Shown here: piece after piece, positions 1 through 13,363 of the stretch | How the letters are laid out: each line of letters opens with the position of its first letter | Numbering within the stretch: position 1 is the stretch's first letter | Source: Candidatus Binatia bacterium | GTDB taxonomy: Bacteria; Desulfobacterota; Binatia; JACPRU01 | Reading direction: 5' to 3' | Assembly: GCA_040507895.1 (NCBI GenBank) | Contig: JBEVNX010000091.1 | Location: forward strand, 1 to 52,553 | DNA length: 52,553 bases | The notes under the pieces: generated by a model | The model's database searches: none | Told to the model about the DNA's origin: nothing | Seen by the model: only the letters and a program-made list of their open reading frames with translations | Position numbers and translations under genes: made by a program

Positions 1-939
1 AAGAAGAGCGGCAGAATGGGGAAGAAGCAGCTGCAACGCGCTGACCGGTTGAAACGAGTAGTGCGCGACATGATCGAATGGTAGGGAAGCGGCGCGCGAA
101 GATTGCTCAAGGTACTCGAGCGTCGGCAGGAGCTGCACAGCGCAGAGGGCGGCGGTCACCATGCCCGCAAGAGTCAGGTAGCCGAAGAGCCGCGCTGTCT
201 CGCGCCATGTCCTGCGGCTAGCGCATACGGTCCAAGCCACGATTGCGAACAACGTGAGCAGCAGGTTCTCGGGAGACCCGCCCAGAAGCTCCACGCTCAG
301 AGCGAGAACCAGCCAGAGGAAGTCGCTCGCCCGACTGTTCGTCGCGAAGCGGCTCCAGCAGAACAGGACCCAGGGCGCCCATGCGGCTGCCTGCAGATGG
401 TTCGTCAGATTGAGCAGCGAGACCAGGTAGCCGCCGAGCGTGAACACCGCAGCCCCCGTTGCCGCAGGAATCCCGGTCATTCCCCGAGCACGCAGCCACA
501 CCCACGCGCCCGAAAGTGCGATGAGGTAGTGGGCGAACAAGAACAGGTTGAATCCCAGGGGAAGAGGCAGCAGCAGCAATAGGCTCGGTGGATAGAAGAC
601 TCCGCTTTGCAGGTTCGCCAGGTACGGAGTGCCCATCAGCAGCAGGGGATTCCAAAGGGGGATCTCACCCTGCAGCAAGCGCTCGTGGAGGAAATGCTTC
701 AGCGGCCAGGTAAAGAACAGAAGGTCGCGGTAGGTCGGGATGTTCCGGGGGGAGAGCAGGGACGAGAAGGTTACGCTCGTCGCGACCACCAGGGCCACGA
801 TCCCGAGAGTCGCCTCGCTCCAGACCCAGCCTGCCAGCGCGCCTAAGAATGTCCGACAAGACTGGGGGTCGGACACCTCGCGATCGGGGCTCACTGCGCG
901 CGAGGTGTCTCGAGCACTATCTACAAACTGCGTGCCCAT
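1..939 (-). CDS. Polytopic membrane protein, YfhO-like / GT-C-type putative glycosyltransferase (partial; C-terminal part runs off the window start)
   Basis: Not in the ORF track. The minus-strand frame is open from the ATG at 937-939 (GGAGGG 5 nt upstream) down to position 1 with no stop (313 codons). My translation, MGTQFVDSARDTS...LGALAGWVWSEATLGIVALVV...FTWPLKHFLHERLLQGEIPLWNPLLLMGTPYLANLQSGVFYPPSLLLLLPLPLGFNLFLFAHYLIALSGAWVWL..., is a series of hydrophobic helices. The PLWNP..G.PY.AN.QSGVFYP block matches my recollection of YfhO-family proteins. Confidence 0.75.
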   Translation of the reverse strand, partial: MGTQFVDSARDTSRAVSPDREVSDPQSCRTFLGALAGWVWSEATLGIVALVVATSVTFSSLLSPRNIPTYRDLLFFTWPLKHFLHERLLQGEIPLWNPLLLMGTPYLANLQSGVFYPPSLLLLLPLPLGFNLFLFAHYLIALSGAWVWLRARGMTGIPAATGAAVFTLGGYLVSLLNLTNHLQAAAWAPWVLFCWSRFATNSRASDFLWLVLALSVELLGGSPENLLLTLFAIVAWTVCASRRTWRETARLFGYLTLAGMVTAALCAVQLLPTLEYLEQSSRAASLPFDHVAHYSFQPVSALQLLLPHSAALL

Positions 940-1088
940 CGCGCCCTCCGCAGCCGCAAAGGGGATCGGTACCGGAGCGAACCTGGGCCAAAGGCCCTAG
1001 TCTCCGCCCCTGAACTCGCCCTCCCCATGCCCCGTCAATTGCGTTGTACAGAACTCTTCGGCGGCATGTCCAGGCGCGGCGAGCTGGC

Positions 1089-1126
1089 AAAAAGGAAGGA
1101 GGGAGGTCGAGATGACCTCCCTCCTT
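1089..1126 (-). terminator. Rho-independent terminator downstream of pilA
   Basis: Perfect 13-bp inverted repeat, AAGGAGGGAGGTC (1096-1108) and GACCTCCCTCCTT (1114-1126), with a 5-nt loop. On the minus strand the stem is followed by CCTTTTT (A-run 1089-1093 on plus). It lies about 40 nt after the pilA stop. Confidence 0.85.
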
Positions 1127-1167
1127 AGACAGCTAGGTTCCGAGAACCGCGAAGTAGAGGAACTCGA

Positions 1168-1533
1168 TCAGCTTCCCGCGGTGATCTGACCCGTGGTCGA
1201 GTCGAAGCTCCACGTGCCCGTTCCGCCCGTCGGGTTGGCCGTCATCGAATAGGCAGTCTGGTTCGCGGTGACGACCGCATCGGCCACGGCGGAGCTTTGC
1301 CGGAATCCATACGTCTTGAGGCTGGTCATGGTCGCATTGGTATAAGTATTGTTGTTCGACCCGTAGTACGCCTCCATGGCGGTGGCCATGTTGTGGAGGT
1401 CCGACTTCGCCTTGGAGTCGGCCGCCTGCTGCTTGTAGGTGGCATACTGCGGAATCGCGATTGCCGCGAGAATTCCGATGATCGCCACGACCACCAGCAG
1501 CTCAATCAATGTGAAACCCTGCTTCCCTCTCAT
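1168..1533 (-). CDS. pilA: Type IVa major pilin (prepilin, 121 aa)
   Basis: The internal ATG at 1531-1533 of ORF 1168..1680 gives [30 protein letters not shown]. This is the class III signal peptide with Gly-1, Phe+1 and Glu+5. GGGAG lies about 10 nt upstream. The gene sits downstream of pilB/T/C/R. Confidence 0.95.
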   Translation of the reverse strand: MRGKQGFTLIELLVVVAIIGILAAIAIPQYATYKQQAADSKAKSDLHNMATAMEAYYGSNNNTYTNATMTSLKTYGFRQSSAVADAVVTANQTAYSMTANPTGGTGTWSFDSTTGQITAGS

Positions 1534-1604
1534 TTCTCTGTTCTCCCTTTCTTGGCAGACCTGTTCTCGGCCTTTGCCATCTCGTTTTTCGTTGTTCTCG
1601 TTCG

Positions 1605-1620
1605 TGCAATCGTGGGACCA
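1605..1620 (-). promoter_or_regulatory. Sigma-54 (-24/-12) promoter of pilA
   Basis: The minus strand reads TGGTCCCACGATTGCA. GG and GC have the exact consensus spacing (TGGCAC-N5-TTGCA) and the -12 TTGCA is perfect. It lies about 72 nt upstream of the pilA ATG, directly downstream of a sigma-54 activator gene, in a locally AT-richer leader. Confidence 0.8.
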
Positions 1621-1758
1621 CTTCTCACAGCTGCCGACCGGAAGGCATGAGAAGCAGTAAAACCCAGCATTTCCAGTCATTTACGGCGCCGCTTTACCAC
1701 AGCATGTCCCTCGATGGGAAGCAGGCTCAGGGCGAAAAATGGTCATACCGCCGCCTTT

Positions 1759-1788
1759 TTGACATTTCTCGTCATAGAGCCCTGTCAA
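1759..1788 (-). promoter_or_regulatory. Candidate upstream activator site (inverted repeat TTGACA-N18-TGTCAA)
   Basis: TTGACA (1759-1764) and TGTCAA (1783-1788) are exact reverse complements. They lie about 140-170 nt upstream of the -24 element and overlap the stop codon of the activator gene. There is a further ATGTC at 1704-1708. Assignment as an enhancer-binding-protein site is inference from position only. Confidence 0.25.
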
Positions 1789-3812
1789 TCTCGTACTTCG
1801 ATGTCTCCAAACCCATACTTGCTGAGCCGATGCCGGAGCGACCGATAGTTAATGCCGAGAATTTCAGCAGCTTTTTTGCGGACTCCACCAGCTCTTCGAA
1901 GCGCTTCCTCCAGGAGACGCTTCTCGATCGCCTCGAGCTCTGCGTCGAGGTTGGAGGATCCTCCCTGCATCCAATCGACCTCGGGGCCGGTGACCAGGTT
2001 GCGTGCCGTTGGAGCGCCGGAGCCGGGCGCTCCATTGCGCATGTCTAGAGGGAGGTCATCCTCCCTGATGATGTCGGATTCTGCCAACGCCACGGCGTGC
2101 TCGATGATGTTCTCGAGCTCACGGATGTTCCCCGGGAAAGAGTGCGCGAACAATCGGCGCATGGCACTGGGTGATAACTTGCATGTAGGACGATGGAGCG
2201 ACTCCGCAAAACGCGCCAGAAAGTGGTCCACGAGCACAGGAAGGTCGTCCGTCCGCTCGCGAAGCGGGGGCAGCTCCAGCCGGATCACGTTGAGCCGGTA
2301 GAAGAGATCCTCGCGGAAGCTTCCGGCCGCAACTTCCGCCTCGAGATCGCGGTTCGTGGCGGCGACGATGCGCACGTCGACGGCCACTAGAGCCTGTCCA
2401 CCGACCGGCGTGAACGATCGCTCCTGCAGAACGCGGAGCAATTTCACCTGCAGCGCCAGCGGTAGATCGCCGACCTCGTCGAGGAAGATCGACCCGCCGT
2501 CGGCCGTTCGGAAAAGCCCGCGGCGATCCGAAACCGCACCCGTGAATGCCCCGCGAACGTGGCCGAAGAGCTCGCTCTCGATGAGATTCGCTGGGATCGC
2601 CGCGCAATTCACGACGACCATGGGCTTGTTGCGCCGCGCGCTCAAAGAATGGATCGCGCGGGCGGCGAGCTCCTTGCCGGTGCCGCTCTCACCGGTAATC
2701 AGCACGGTCGATTCCGTCGGCGCGATCTTGTGGATCAACTCGACGATGTGTTGCATGCGCTGGCTGTGGCCGAGGAATCCGACGATTTGTGGAGCATTGG
2801 CACGTCGTTGTGCCTCCTCCGGCGTAGGCTCGGGCTCGGTTTCCGGAGAGAGCCTCTTCAGCGCAGTGACATCTTGCAGAATGAACAACGAACCGATCAC
2901 GTTCTTGTACGTGTCGCTGAGTGGCGCACTCGTGCAGCGTAGGATCTGCTCCTCACCGTCCGTCTGGGCGCGGTAGGAGACCTCCATCGGGATCGGGCCG
3001 AGATCGAGCGGCCGCTTGGCGCCGACCGACGGTCGCAACACGGGGAACACCTCGGAGATGCGACGTCCGATCAGGTCGTTGGAGGCGCGACCGATGATGG
3101 TGTCCACGGCCTGGCTCGCCGAGCGGATGACGCCATCGGCATCGGTCGTCAGCACGCCACTTTCCAGGTTCTGAATGAGCACGCGCTGCAATGTGTCGAT
3201 CCGCTGGAGGTTCTCCTCCGACTCTCGCAGCGCTTCCTGGGTGCGCTCGACGCGTTCCACGAGCACCGAAGAGAGAAACGCGATGGAAAAGAAAGACACG
3301 ATGTTGGCGGCGATGTGATAGACGAGTCCGAGCCCCGGTTGTGGTGTCGGGGCCTCGATGCCGAGCGCAGCCGGCAGAGCGTGGTAGTACACGAGGTTCA
3401 TCAGCACGCCGTAGGTGATCGACGACAGTGCCGCGGCGACGTATGCCCCGTGACGGCGCAGCACGAAGGCCGCGCCCATGATGGCGAGGTTGTACCAGAC
3501 GGCCATCGGGCTCATCAGTGAGCCGGTCAGCAGCACGGCGGCGGAATTGAGGACGATGTCGCAGATGACCTGCGCCAGAGCGAAGCCGTGCAGCTGCTCG
3601 ATGCGGGATACGGCGTAGGCCGACGCGAGCGATACGGCGTACGCAAACACGATCAGCGACGTGATCCCTCGGAGCGGAGCGTTCGGCTCCGAGAGGTCGC
3701 TCGCGGCCAGAGCGCCGAGGAAGACGGTGACGATCAGGACCCGCGCGAACTGCCAGACCCGGAGCCGGGTACGCAACGCTTGCGGGTCGAGATCCCTGCC
3801 GCCTGAATCCAT
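1785..3812 (-). CDS. pilR: Sigma-54-dependent transcriptional activator with an N-terminal polytopic membrane + PAS sensor (PilS/PilR-like hybrid; no receiver domain, no kinase core)
   Basis: 675 aa. About six hydrophobic helices span aa 22-185, followed by a coiled linker and a PAS-like segment (aa ~205-318). The AAA+ sigma-54 module has Walker A GESGTGKE, GAFTGA and Walker B IFLDEVG. The C terminus carries a Fis-type HTH (KKAAEILGINYRSLRHRLSKYG). The start is 4 nt after the pilC stop. Confidence 0.9.
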   Translation of the reverse strand: MDSGGRDLDPQALRTRLRVWQFARVLIVTVFLGALAASDLSEPNAPLRGITSLIVFAYAVSLASAYAVSRIEQLHGFALAQVICDIVLNSAAVLLTGSLMSPMAVWYNLAIMGAAFVLRRHGAYVAAALSSITYGVLMNLVYYHALPAALGIEAPTPQPGLGLVYHIAANIVSFFSIAFLSSVLVERVERTQEALRESEENLQRIDTLQRVLIQNLESGVLTTDADGVIRSASQAVDTIIGRASNDLIGRRISEVFPVLRPSVGAKRPLDLGPIPMEVSYRAQTDGEEQILRCTSAPLSDTYKNVIGSLFILQDVTALKRLSPETEPEPTPEEAQRRANAPQIVGFLGHSQRMQHIVELIHKIAPTESTVLITGESGTGKELAARAIHSLSARRNKPMVVVNCAAIPANLIESELFGHVRGAFTGAVSDRRGLFRTADGGSIFLDEVGDLPLALQVKLLRVLQERSFTPVGGQALVAVDVRIVAATNRDLEAEVAAGSFREDLFYRLNVIRLELPPLRERTDDLPVLVDHFLARFAESLHRPTCKLSPSAMRRLFAHSFPGNIRELENIIEHAVALAESDIIREDDLPLDMRNGAPGSGAPTARNLVTGPEVDWMQGGSSNLDAELEAIEKRLLEEALRRAGGVRKKAAEILGINYRSLRHRLSKYGFGDIEVRD

Positions 3813-3816
3813 CCCC

Positions 3817-5040
3817 CTACTGGCTGATGACGGCGCCCAGCTGGAAGATCGGCAGATACATCGAGATCACGAGGCCACCGATCACGACGCCCAGAAAGAC
3901 GATCACGATCGGCTCCATCAACGCCGTCAGGTTGGCGATCGCGTTGTCGACCTCTTCCTCGTAGAACTCGGCGATTTTACTGAGCATGGCGTCCAGCGCG
4001 CCGGTCGTCTCTCCGACGGCGATCATCTGACAGACCATCGGGGGAAACACCTTGCTCTGGGTGAGCGGATCGGCGATCGTTTTGCCCTCGGAGATCGAGA
4101 TCCGAGTCGCGAGGACGGCCTTTTCCACGACGCGGTTGCCCGCAGTGCGCGCGGTGATCGCCAGCGCATCGAGGATCGGCACGCCCGAGGAGATCAGAGT
4201 GCCAAGCGTGCGCGTGAAGCGCGCGACCGCCGACTTGCGGAATAGGTCGCCGAAGATCGGCAAGCGGAGCAGGAAGCCGTCGATGGCGAGCCGCCCTTGC
4301 TCGGTTCGCCAGAGCCACATGATGAGCACGACGATACCCATCACGATGGCGCCGATGAACGGGAGATTGCGCACGGTGAAGTTGCTCAAACTGATGACGA
4401 ACTGCGTCGGCGCCGGCAGGGCCTGTCCGAAGCTCGAGAACAGCTCGGCGAACACCGGGATCACGTAGACGAGCAGGATCGCGGTGACTGCGATCGCCAC
4501 CGTTACGATCGAGGCGGGATAGATCATCGCGCCCTTGATCTTCGCCCTCAGCCGCGCCGCCTTCTCCATGTAGACGGCGAGCCGGTTCATGATGTTGTCC
4601 AGAATGCCGCCGACCTCTCCGGCCGCCACCATGTTGATGTAGAGCTCGTCGAAGAGCTTCGGGTGCTTGCGCAGCGCCTCGTTGAACGACGCGCCGGCTT
4701 CGACGTCGTCCTTGATCTGCTGAATCGCCCGGCGCATGGGCTTGACCGTCGCCTGCGCCTGCAGGATGTCGAGACACTGCACGATCGGCAGGCCGGCGTC
4801 GATCATGGTTGCGAACTGCCGCGTGAAGACCACGATGTCTCGGGTCTTGACCCTCTCGTCGAGACCCGGGATGGAGATCTGTCGATCGAGCCCCTTGCCC
4901 TTCTCCTTGATCTTGGCCGGCAGCGGCTGAATACGCTGCGTGCGCAGCCGCACGATCACCGCATCGCGAGTGGCGGCCTCCATCTCTCCCCGCATGACCT
5001 CGCCCTTCGGCGAGATACCCTCCCAACGAAACACTGCCAT
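3817..5040 (-). CDS. pilC: Type IV pilus platform protein PilC (GspF family)
   Basis: 407 aa. MAVFRWEGISPKGEVMRGEMEA... has the typical PilC N terminus. It shows a duplicated GspF-type architecture with three hydrophobic segments and lies between pilT and the regulator. Confidence 0.95.
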   Translation of the reverse strand: MAVFRWEGISPKGEVMRGEMEAATRDAVIVRLRTQRIQPLPAKIKEKGKGLDRQISIPGLDERVKTRDIVVFTRQFATMIDAGLPIVQCLDILQAQATVKPMRRAIQQIKDDVEAGASFNEALRKHPKLFDELYINMVAAGEVGGILDNIMNRLAVYMEKAARLRAKIKGAMIYPASIVTVAIAVTAILLVYVIPVFAELFSSFGQALPAPTQFVISLSNFTVRNLPFIGAIVMGIVVLIMWLWRTEQGRLAIDGFLLRLPIFGDLFRKSAVARFTRTLGTLISSGVPILDALAITARTAGNRVVEKAVLATRISISEGKTIADPLTQSKVFPPMVCQMIAVGETTGALDAMLSKIAEFYEEEVDNAIANLTALMEPIVIVFLGVVIGGLVISMYLPIFQLGAVISQ

Positions 5041-5087
5041 GGCTATCGCCTCTCTTGCAGAATTTACTGCCTGTCACCCGCCCGCGG

Positions 5088-6179
5088 TCAGCGGCGGAGC
5101 TGTCTCGGAGCGACCGGAGCGCCGGTCAGCATCGTGTGGAGCTCGTCCGGCTCGGTCGCGTATCCCATCGCGTTCTCGAACGTGATCAGCCGACGCTGGT
5201 ACAGGTCGAGCAGCGATTGGCTCATCGTCTGCATACCGTGCTTCGCCTGCCCGACTTGCATCTGCGAGTAGACCTGGTGGACCTTTTGCTCGCGGATCAG
5301 GTTGCGGATCGCGGCGTTCGGAATCATGATCTCGCAGCAGAGCACCCGCCCCTTGCCGTCCATCCGCGGGATGAGTTGCTGCGAAATCACGCCTTCCAAC
5401 ACGACCGAGAGCTGCGCGCGGACCTGCGACTGCTGGTACGGTGGGAAGACGTCGATCACGCGGTTGATCGTCTGCACGGCCGAGTTCGTGTGCAGGGTCG
5501 AGAACACGAGGTGACCGGTCTCGGCGACCACCAGCGCAGTCTCGATCGTTTCGAGATCACGCATTTCTCCGATCAGCACAATGTCTGGGTCCTGGCGCAG
5601 TACGTGGCGGAGGGCGTTGGTGAAGCCCTTGGTGTCGGCGAAGACTTCGCGCTGATTCACCAGGCAGCGCTTGCTGTCATGCACGAACTCGATCGGGTCC
5701 TCGACGGTGACGACGTGCTCGCGCCGCTCCATGTTCACCTTGTCGACCATGGAAGCGAGGGTCGTCGTTTTACCGCTACCGGTCGGCCCGGTGACGAGCA
5801 CGAGCCCGCGTGGCTGCTTGCAGAGCTCATTGACGATCGGGGGGAGTCCCAGCTCTTGGAAGCTCTGGATCTTGTACGGCACCGCGCGGAACGCGCCACC
5901 CACTGACCCCTTCTGAAGAAACAAGTTGCCGCGGAAGCGCGCGAGTCCACGCACCGCGAACGAGAAATCGAGCTCCAAATCCTCTTCGTAACGGTGTTTT
6001 TGGGACTCGGTCAGGAGGCTGTAGGTGAGGTTTTTTGTGTCCGTGGCCGTCAACGGGGGATGGGGCAGCGGAGACAGCTCACCGTGTACGCGCACGAGGG
6101 GCGGGTTGTTGACCGCGATGTGCAGGTCCGAAGCCCCTTTCTCGATCATGATCTTCAGGAATTCTTGGATGTCCGCCAT
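5088..6179 (-). CDS. pilT: Twitching-motility retraction ATPase PilT
   Basis: 363 aa. Contains MADIQEFLKIMIEKGASDLHI, Walker A GPTGSGKTTT and the PilT signature AIRNLIREQK. Confidence 0.95.
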   Translation of the reverse strand: MADIQEFLKIMIEKGASDLHIAVNNPPLVRVHGELSPLPHPPLTATDTKNLTYSLLTESQKHRYEEDLELDFSFAVRGLARFRGNLFLQKGSVGGAFRAVPYKIQSFQELGLPPIVNELCKQPRGLVLVTGPTGSGKTTTLASMVDKVNMERREHVVTVEDPIEFVHDSKRCLVNQREVFADTKGFTNALRHVLRQDPDIVLIGEMRDLETIETALVVAETGHLVFSTLHTNSAVQTINRVIDVFPPYQQSQVRAQLSVVLEGVISQQLIPRMDGKGRVLCCEIMIPNAAIRNLIREQKVHQVYSQMQVGQAKHGMQTMSQSLLDLYQRRLITFENAMGYATEPDELHTMLTGAPVAPRQLRR

Positions 6180-6230
6180 GGTGTCAAACTCCCCGCTCGA
6201 ATCCGCCCCTAATTGTACATCAGGCCCCGC

Positions 6231-7922
<1,692 letters not shown>

Positions 7923-8193
7923 CTTCAGTGATCAGACCTCGCCTAGTGAACAAGACATGGGGCGCGGAGCGACCGCAGCGTCGCTGGTGAAATCCCGTTC
8001 TGCACTCTTCAACGACGTCGCCATGGCGGGGCCAGCGGAGAGGCTAACGGAAGGCAAAGAGCGCAGTCAAACCGAGGCTGCCGCACTCCTCCCGCTCCGA
8101 GGTCCCGCGCGAGACTCCATTTACCCGGCGCAGCGGCGCCAGGCGCAGTCTGGCGAGTGACACGCGTGTTGAGGAACTCCGCAAAACCGCTGG

Positions 8194-9035
8194 TCAACGC
8201 GCGAGCGCGCGCCGCATCGCCCCCACCGGCGCGACACGGCCCGTCCAGATGCGAAAGGCGAGGGCCGCTTGCTCGACGAGCATGCTCAAGCCGTTCTCCG
8301 CCCGCCGGCCACGGCGCCACGCCGATCTGACTAGGGGCGTCGGCCCCAGGCGGTAGACGAGATCGTAAAACAGGCAGTGCCGCGGCGTGACCGCGATCGG
8401 CACGTTCGGCGCCGTGCGACCGTCGAGTCCGAGCGACGTGCAGTTCACGACGATGTCAGCGTCTTGGAGGAAACCAGCGCTTCCCGGCGAATCGAGGCCG
8501 GAGACGAGGACCGTCGCGCCACAACCTCGGCGCACGCGAGCGGCCAGCGCGGCGGCGCGCTTGGGACTGCGGTTGAGGATCGTCAAGCGAGAGATTCCCG
8601 CTCCACCGAGTGCCCAGGCAACGGCGCGAGCCGAGCCTCCTGCCCCGAGCACTACCGCGCGCTTGCCGCGCGGCCGAAAGCCGAGTCTGGCGACCGCTCG
8701 CAAGAATCCCGGGCCGTCCGTATTCTCCCCCTTCAGGCGGTCGCCGCAGCGCACCACCGTGTTGACGGCGCCGATCGCGCGAGCCGCGGGCGAGAGGTCG
8801 TCGAGCAGCGAAAGGACAGCCTCCTTGTGCGGGACCGTCACGTTGAGGCCCGCGAAGCCGAGCGCGCGCACACCCTCGATCGCTTCTTCCAGGGCGGCCG
8901 GCCGCACGCGCAGCGCCACGTAGGCGAAATCAAGCCCGAGCGCGGCGAAGGCGGCGTTGTGCATGACCGGAGAAAGCGAATGCTCGACGGGATCGCCGAG
9001 GATCGCGACCACGCGAGTCGTCGCCCGGATCGCGC

Positions 9036-9039
<4 letters not shown>
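8194..9039 (-). CDS. aroE: Shikimate dehydrogenase
   Basis: 281 aa. VVAILGDPVEHSLSPVMHNAAFAALGLDFAYVAL is the AroE N-terminal signature, with the NADP-binding motif GAGGSARAV. The GTG start overlaps the ppdK stop (GTGA). Confidence 0.9.
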
Positions 9040-11828
<2,789 letters not shown>

Positions 11829-11905
11829 GACGTGCTCCGTTCTCCGGTGAAGTCGCGCTCAGTACCACGCGCTCCTCCGCCTCGCAACGAAGCGGCGCGG
11901 GCGGC

Positions 11906-12682
11906 TCAGACGCCGAGGATCTCCCGCAGCAATGCCGGCGAGCGCAACGGGCGTCTCGTGTGGTGGGCGATGAACGTCTGCAGCATCACGCGCGCTTCTC
12001 CGGCACTCGTCCCAGGCGCGTGCGAGGCGCCGTTCTTCAGCGCGGCGAGATAGCGGAGCGCGCCGCCCGAGACGGACATCCCTGTGCCGTCGGAGCACGG
12101 GTGACAGAGCAGCATTCCCGTCCGAGGATTGAAGTGGAAGATGCTCTCCTCGTCCGGCGGGCGCTGGCAGCGGGCGCAACGATCGATCCTCGGCTCGAGG
12201 CCCGTCAGCGTCAGCAGGTTCACCTCGAAAGCGCGTAGCCATTCGGCAACCGGAGGCTCGGGCGCGGAGTCGATTTGGGCCAACGTATGCTCGACCAGCT
12301 CGAAGACGGTCGCCTCGGCCTCGCGGCCTTCGACCATCGAGTCGATCAGCTCCACGACGTACGTCGAGTATGCGTACCGATCGAGATCGAAGGCGAGGCG
12401 GCGAGCTCCGCGGACGATGTCGGCGGACTCGATGAAGCACAGCTCGTCGTGCCGCCGGGTACGGAATCCCAGTCGAACGTGCGTGAACGGTTCGAGGGAG
12501 GCGACGAAGCGTCGCTTCGATCGCAGGGCACCTTTGGCGATGCCCGAGATTTTGCCGAAGTCGCGGGTCAGAAAACTGACGATCTTGTCGCTCTCGCCGT
12601 AGTGGCGGGCGCGTAGGACGATGGCAGCGGAGCTGTGGGATACGGTCGTGCGAATGGATTTTCTCCCGCCGGGACCTGGCAA
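11906..12682 (-). CDS. recO: DNA repair protein RecO
   Basis: 258 aa. AIVLRARHYGESDKIVSFLTRDFGKISGIAKGALRSKRRF has the OB-fold N terminus, and CARCQ...CHPC is the zinc motif. The exact start is uncertain. Confidence 0.85.
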   Translation of the reverse strand: MPGPGGRKSIRTTVSHSSAAIVLRARHYGESDKIVSFLTRDFGKISGIAKGALRSKRRFVASLEPFTHVRLGFRTRRHDELCFIESADIVRGARRLAFDLDRYAYSTYVVELIDSMVEGREAEATVFELVEHTLAQIDSAPEPPVAEWLRAFEVNLLTLTGLEPRIDRCARCQRPPDEESIFHFNPRTGMLLCHPCSDGTGMSVSGGALRYLAALKNGASHAPGTSAGEARVMLQTFIAHHTRRPLRSPALLREILGV

Positions 12683-12742
12683 AGGCCTCCGGCGTGGTTA
12701 GCTTAAGGAAAACCAGAAGCAGAGGCTACTGATTGAGCCTCT

Positions 12743-13363
12743 ATGGCTCGCGAAGGGGTACTCGAAGGAATGGCAGAGCAGAGAGACGACGACCGGACTT
12801 CGTCGGAAGGTCACGCCGACGCGCCGGTGACCGACGAACGGATCGCCAAGCTCGAGGAGGACCTGCGACGCAAGTCGGAGGAGGCCGCGGCGAACCTCGA
12901 CCGCTATCTCCGCGCCGTAGCCGACGCCGAGAACTTCAAGAAGCGCCTACAGCGAGAGAAAAGCGAAGGCATCCGCTTCGCCAACGAAACGCTGCTTCGC
13001 GACCTGCTCCAGGTCATCGACAACCTGGAGCTTGCCGTCGAGCACGCCGACTTGGGTGGGAATGGCAAGTCGGTCGTGGAAGGCGTGCAGCTCACCCTGC
13101 GGTTGTTTCGCGACGTGCTCGAGCGACACGGCGTGAAGGAGATCAGCGACCCGAAAGGCGCAGCGTTCGACCCGTCGACCCAGGAGGCTGCAGGGATCCA
13201 GGTCGACGCGGAGGTCCCGCCAAACACCGTTATCAGAACCCAGACGAAGGGCTATCGGTACAACGACCGACTGCTTCGTCCATCGCGAGTTGTCGTGGCC
13301 ACTGGAGCTATCACCCCTGGCGGTGACGAGTCAGGGGCAGACGAAGAGGGGCCTCTTCAATGA
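12743..13363 (+). CDS. grpE: Nucleotide exchange factor GrpE
   Basis: 206 aa. DRYLRAVADAENFKKRLQREK and LLRDLLQVIDNLELA are GrpE core motifs. The gene lies directly upstream of dnaK. Confidence 0.93.
   Translation: MAREGVLEGMAEQRDDDRTSSEGHADAPVTDERIAKLEEDLRRKSEEAAANLDRYLRAVADAENFKKRLQREKSEGIRFANETLLRDLLQVIDNLELAVEHADLGGNGKSVVEGVQLTLRLFRDVLERHGVKEISDPKGAAFDPSTQEAAGIQVDAEVPPNTVIRTQTKGYRYNDRLLRPSRVVVATGAITPGGDESGADEEGPLQ

Noticed and set aside
8020-8034. Sigma-54-like TGGCCCCGCCATGGC on the minus strand, about 100 nt upstream of pilB.
   Set aside because: The GG/GC spacing is right, but the -12 element is TGGC rather than TTGC. GG-N10-GC occurs often by chance in GC-rich DNA, so this is not called without a PWM score or TSS data.
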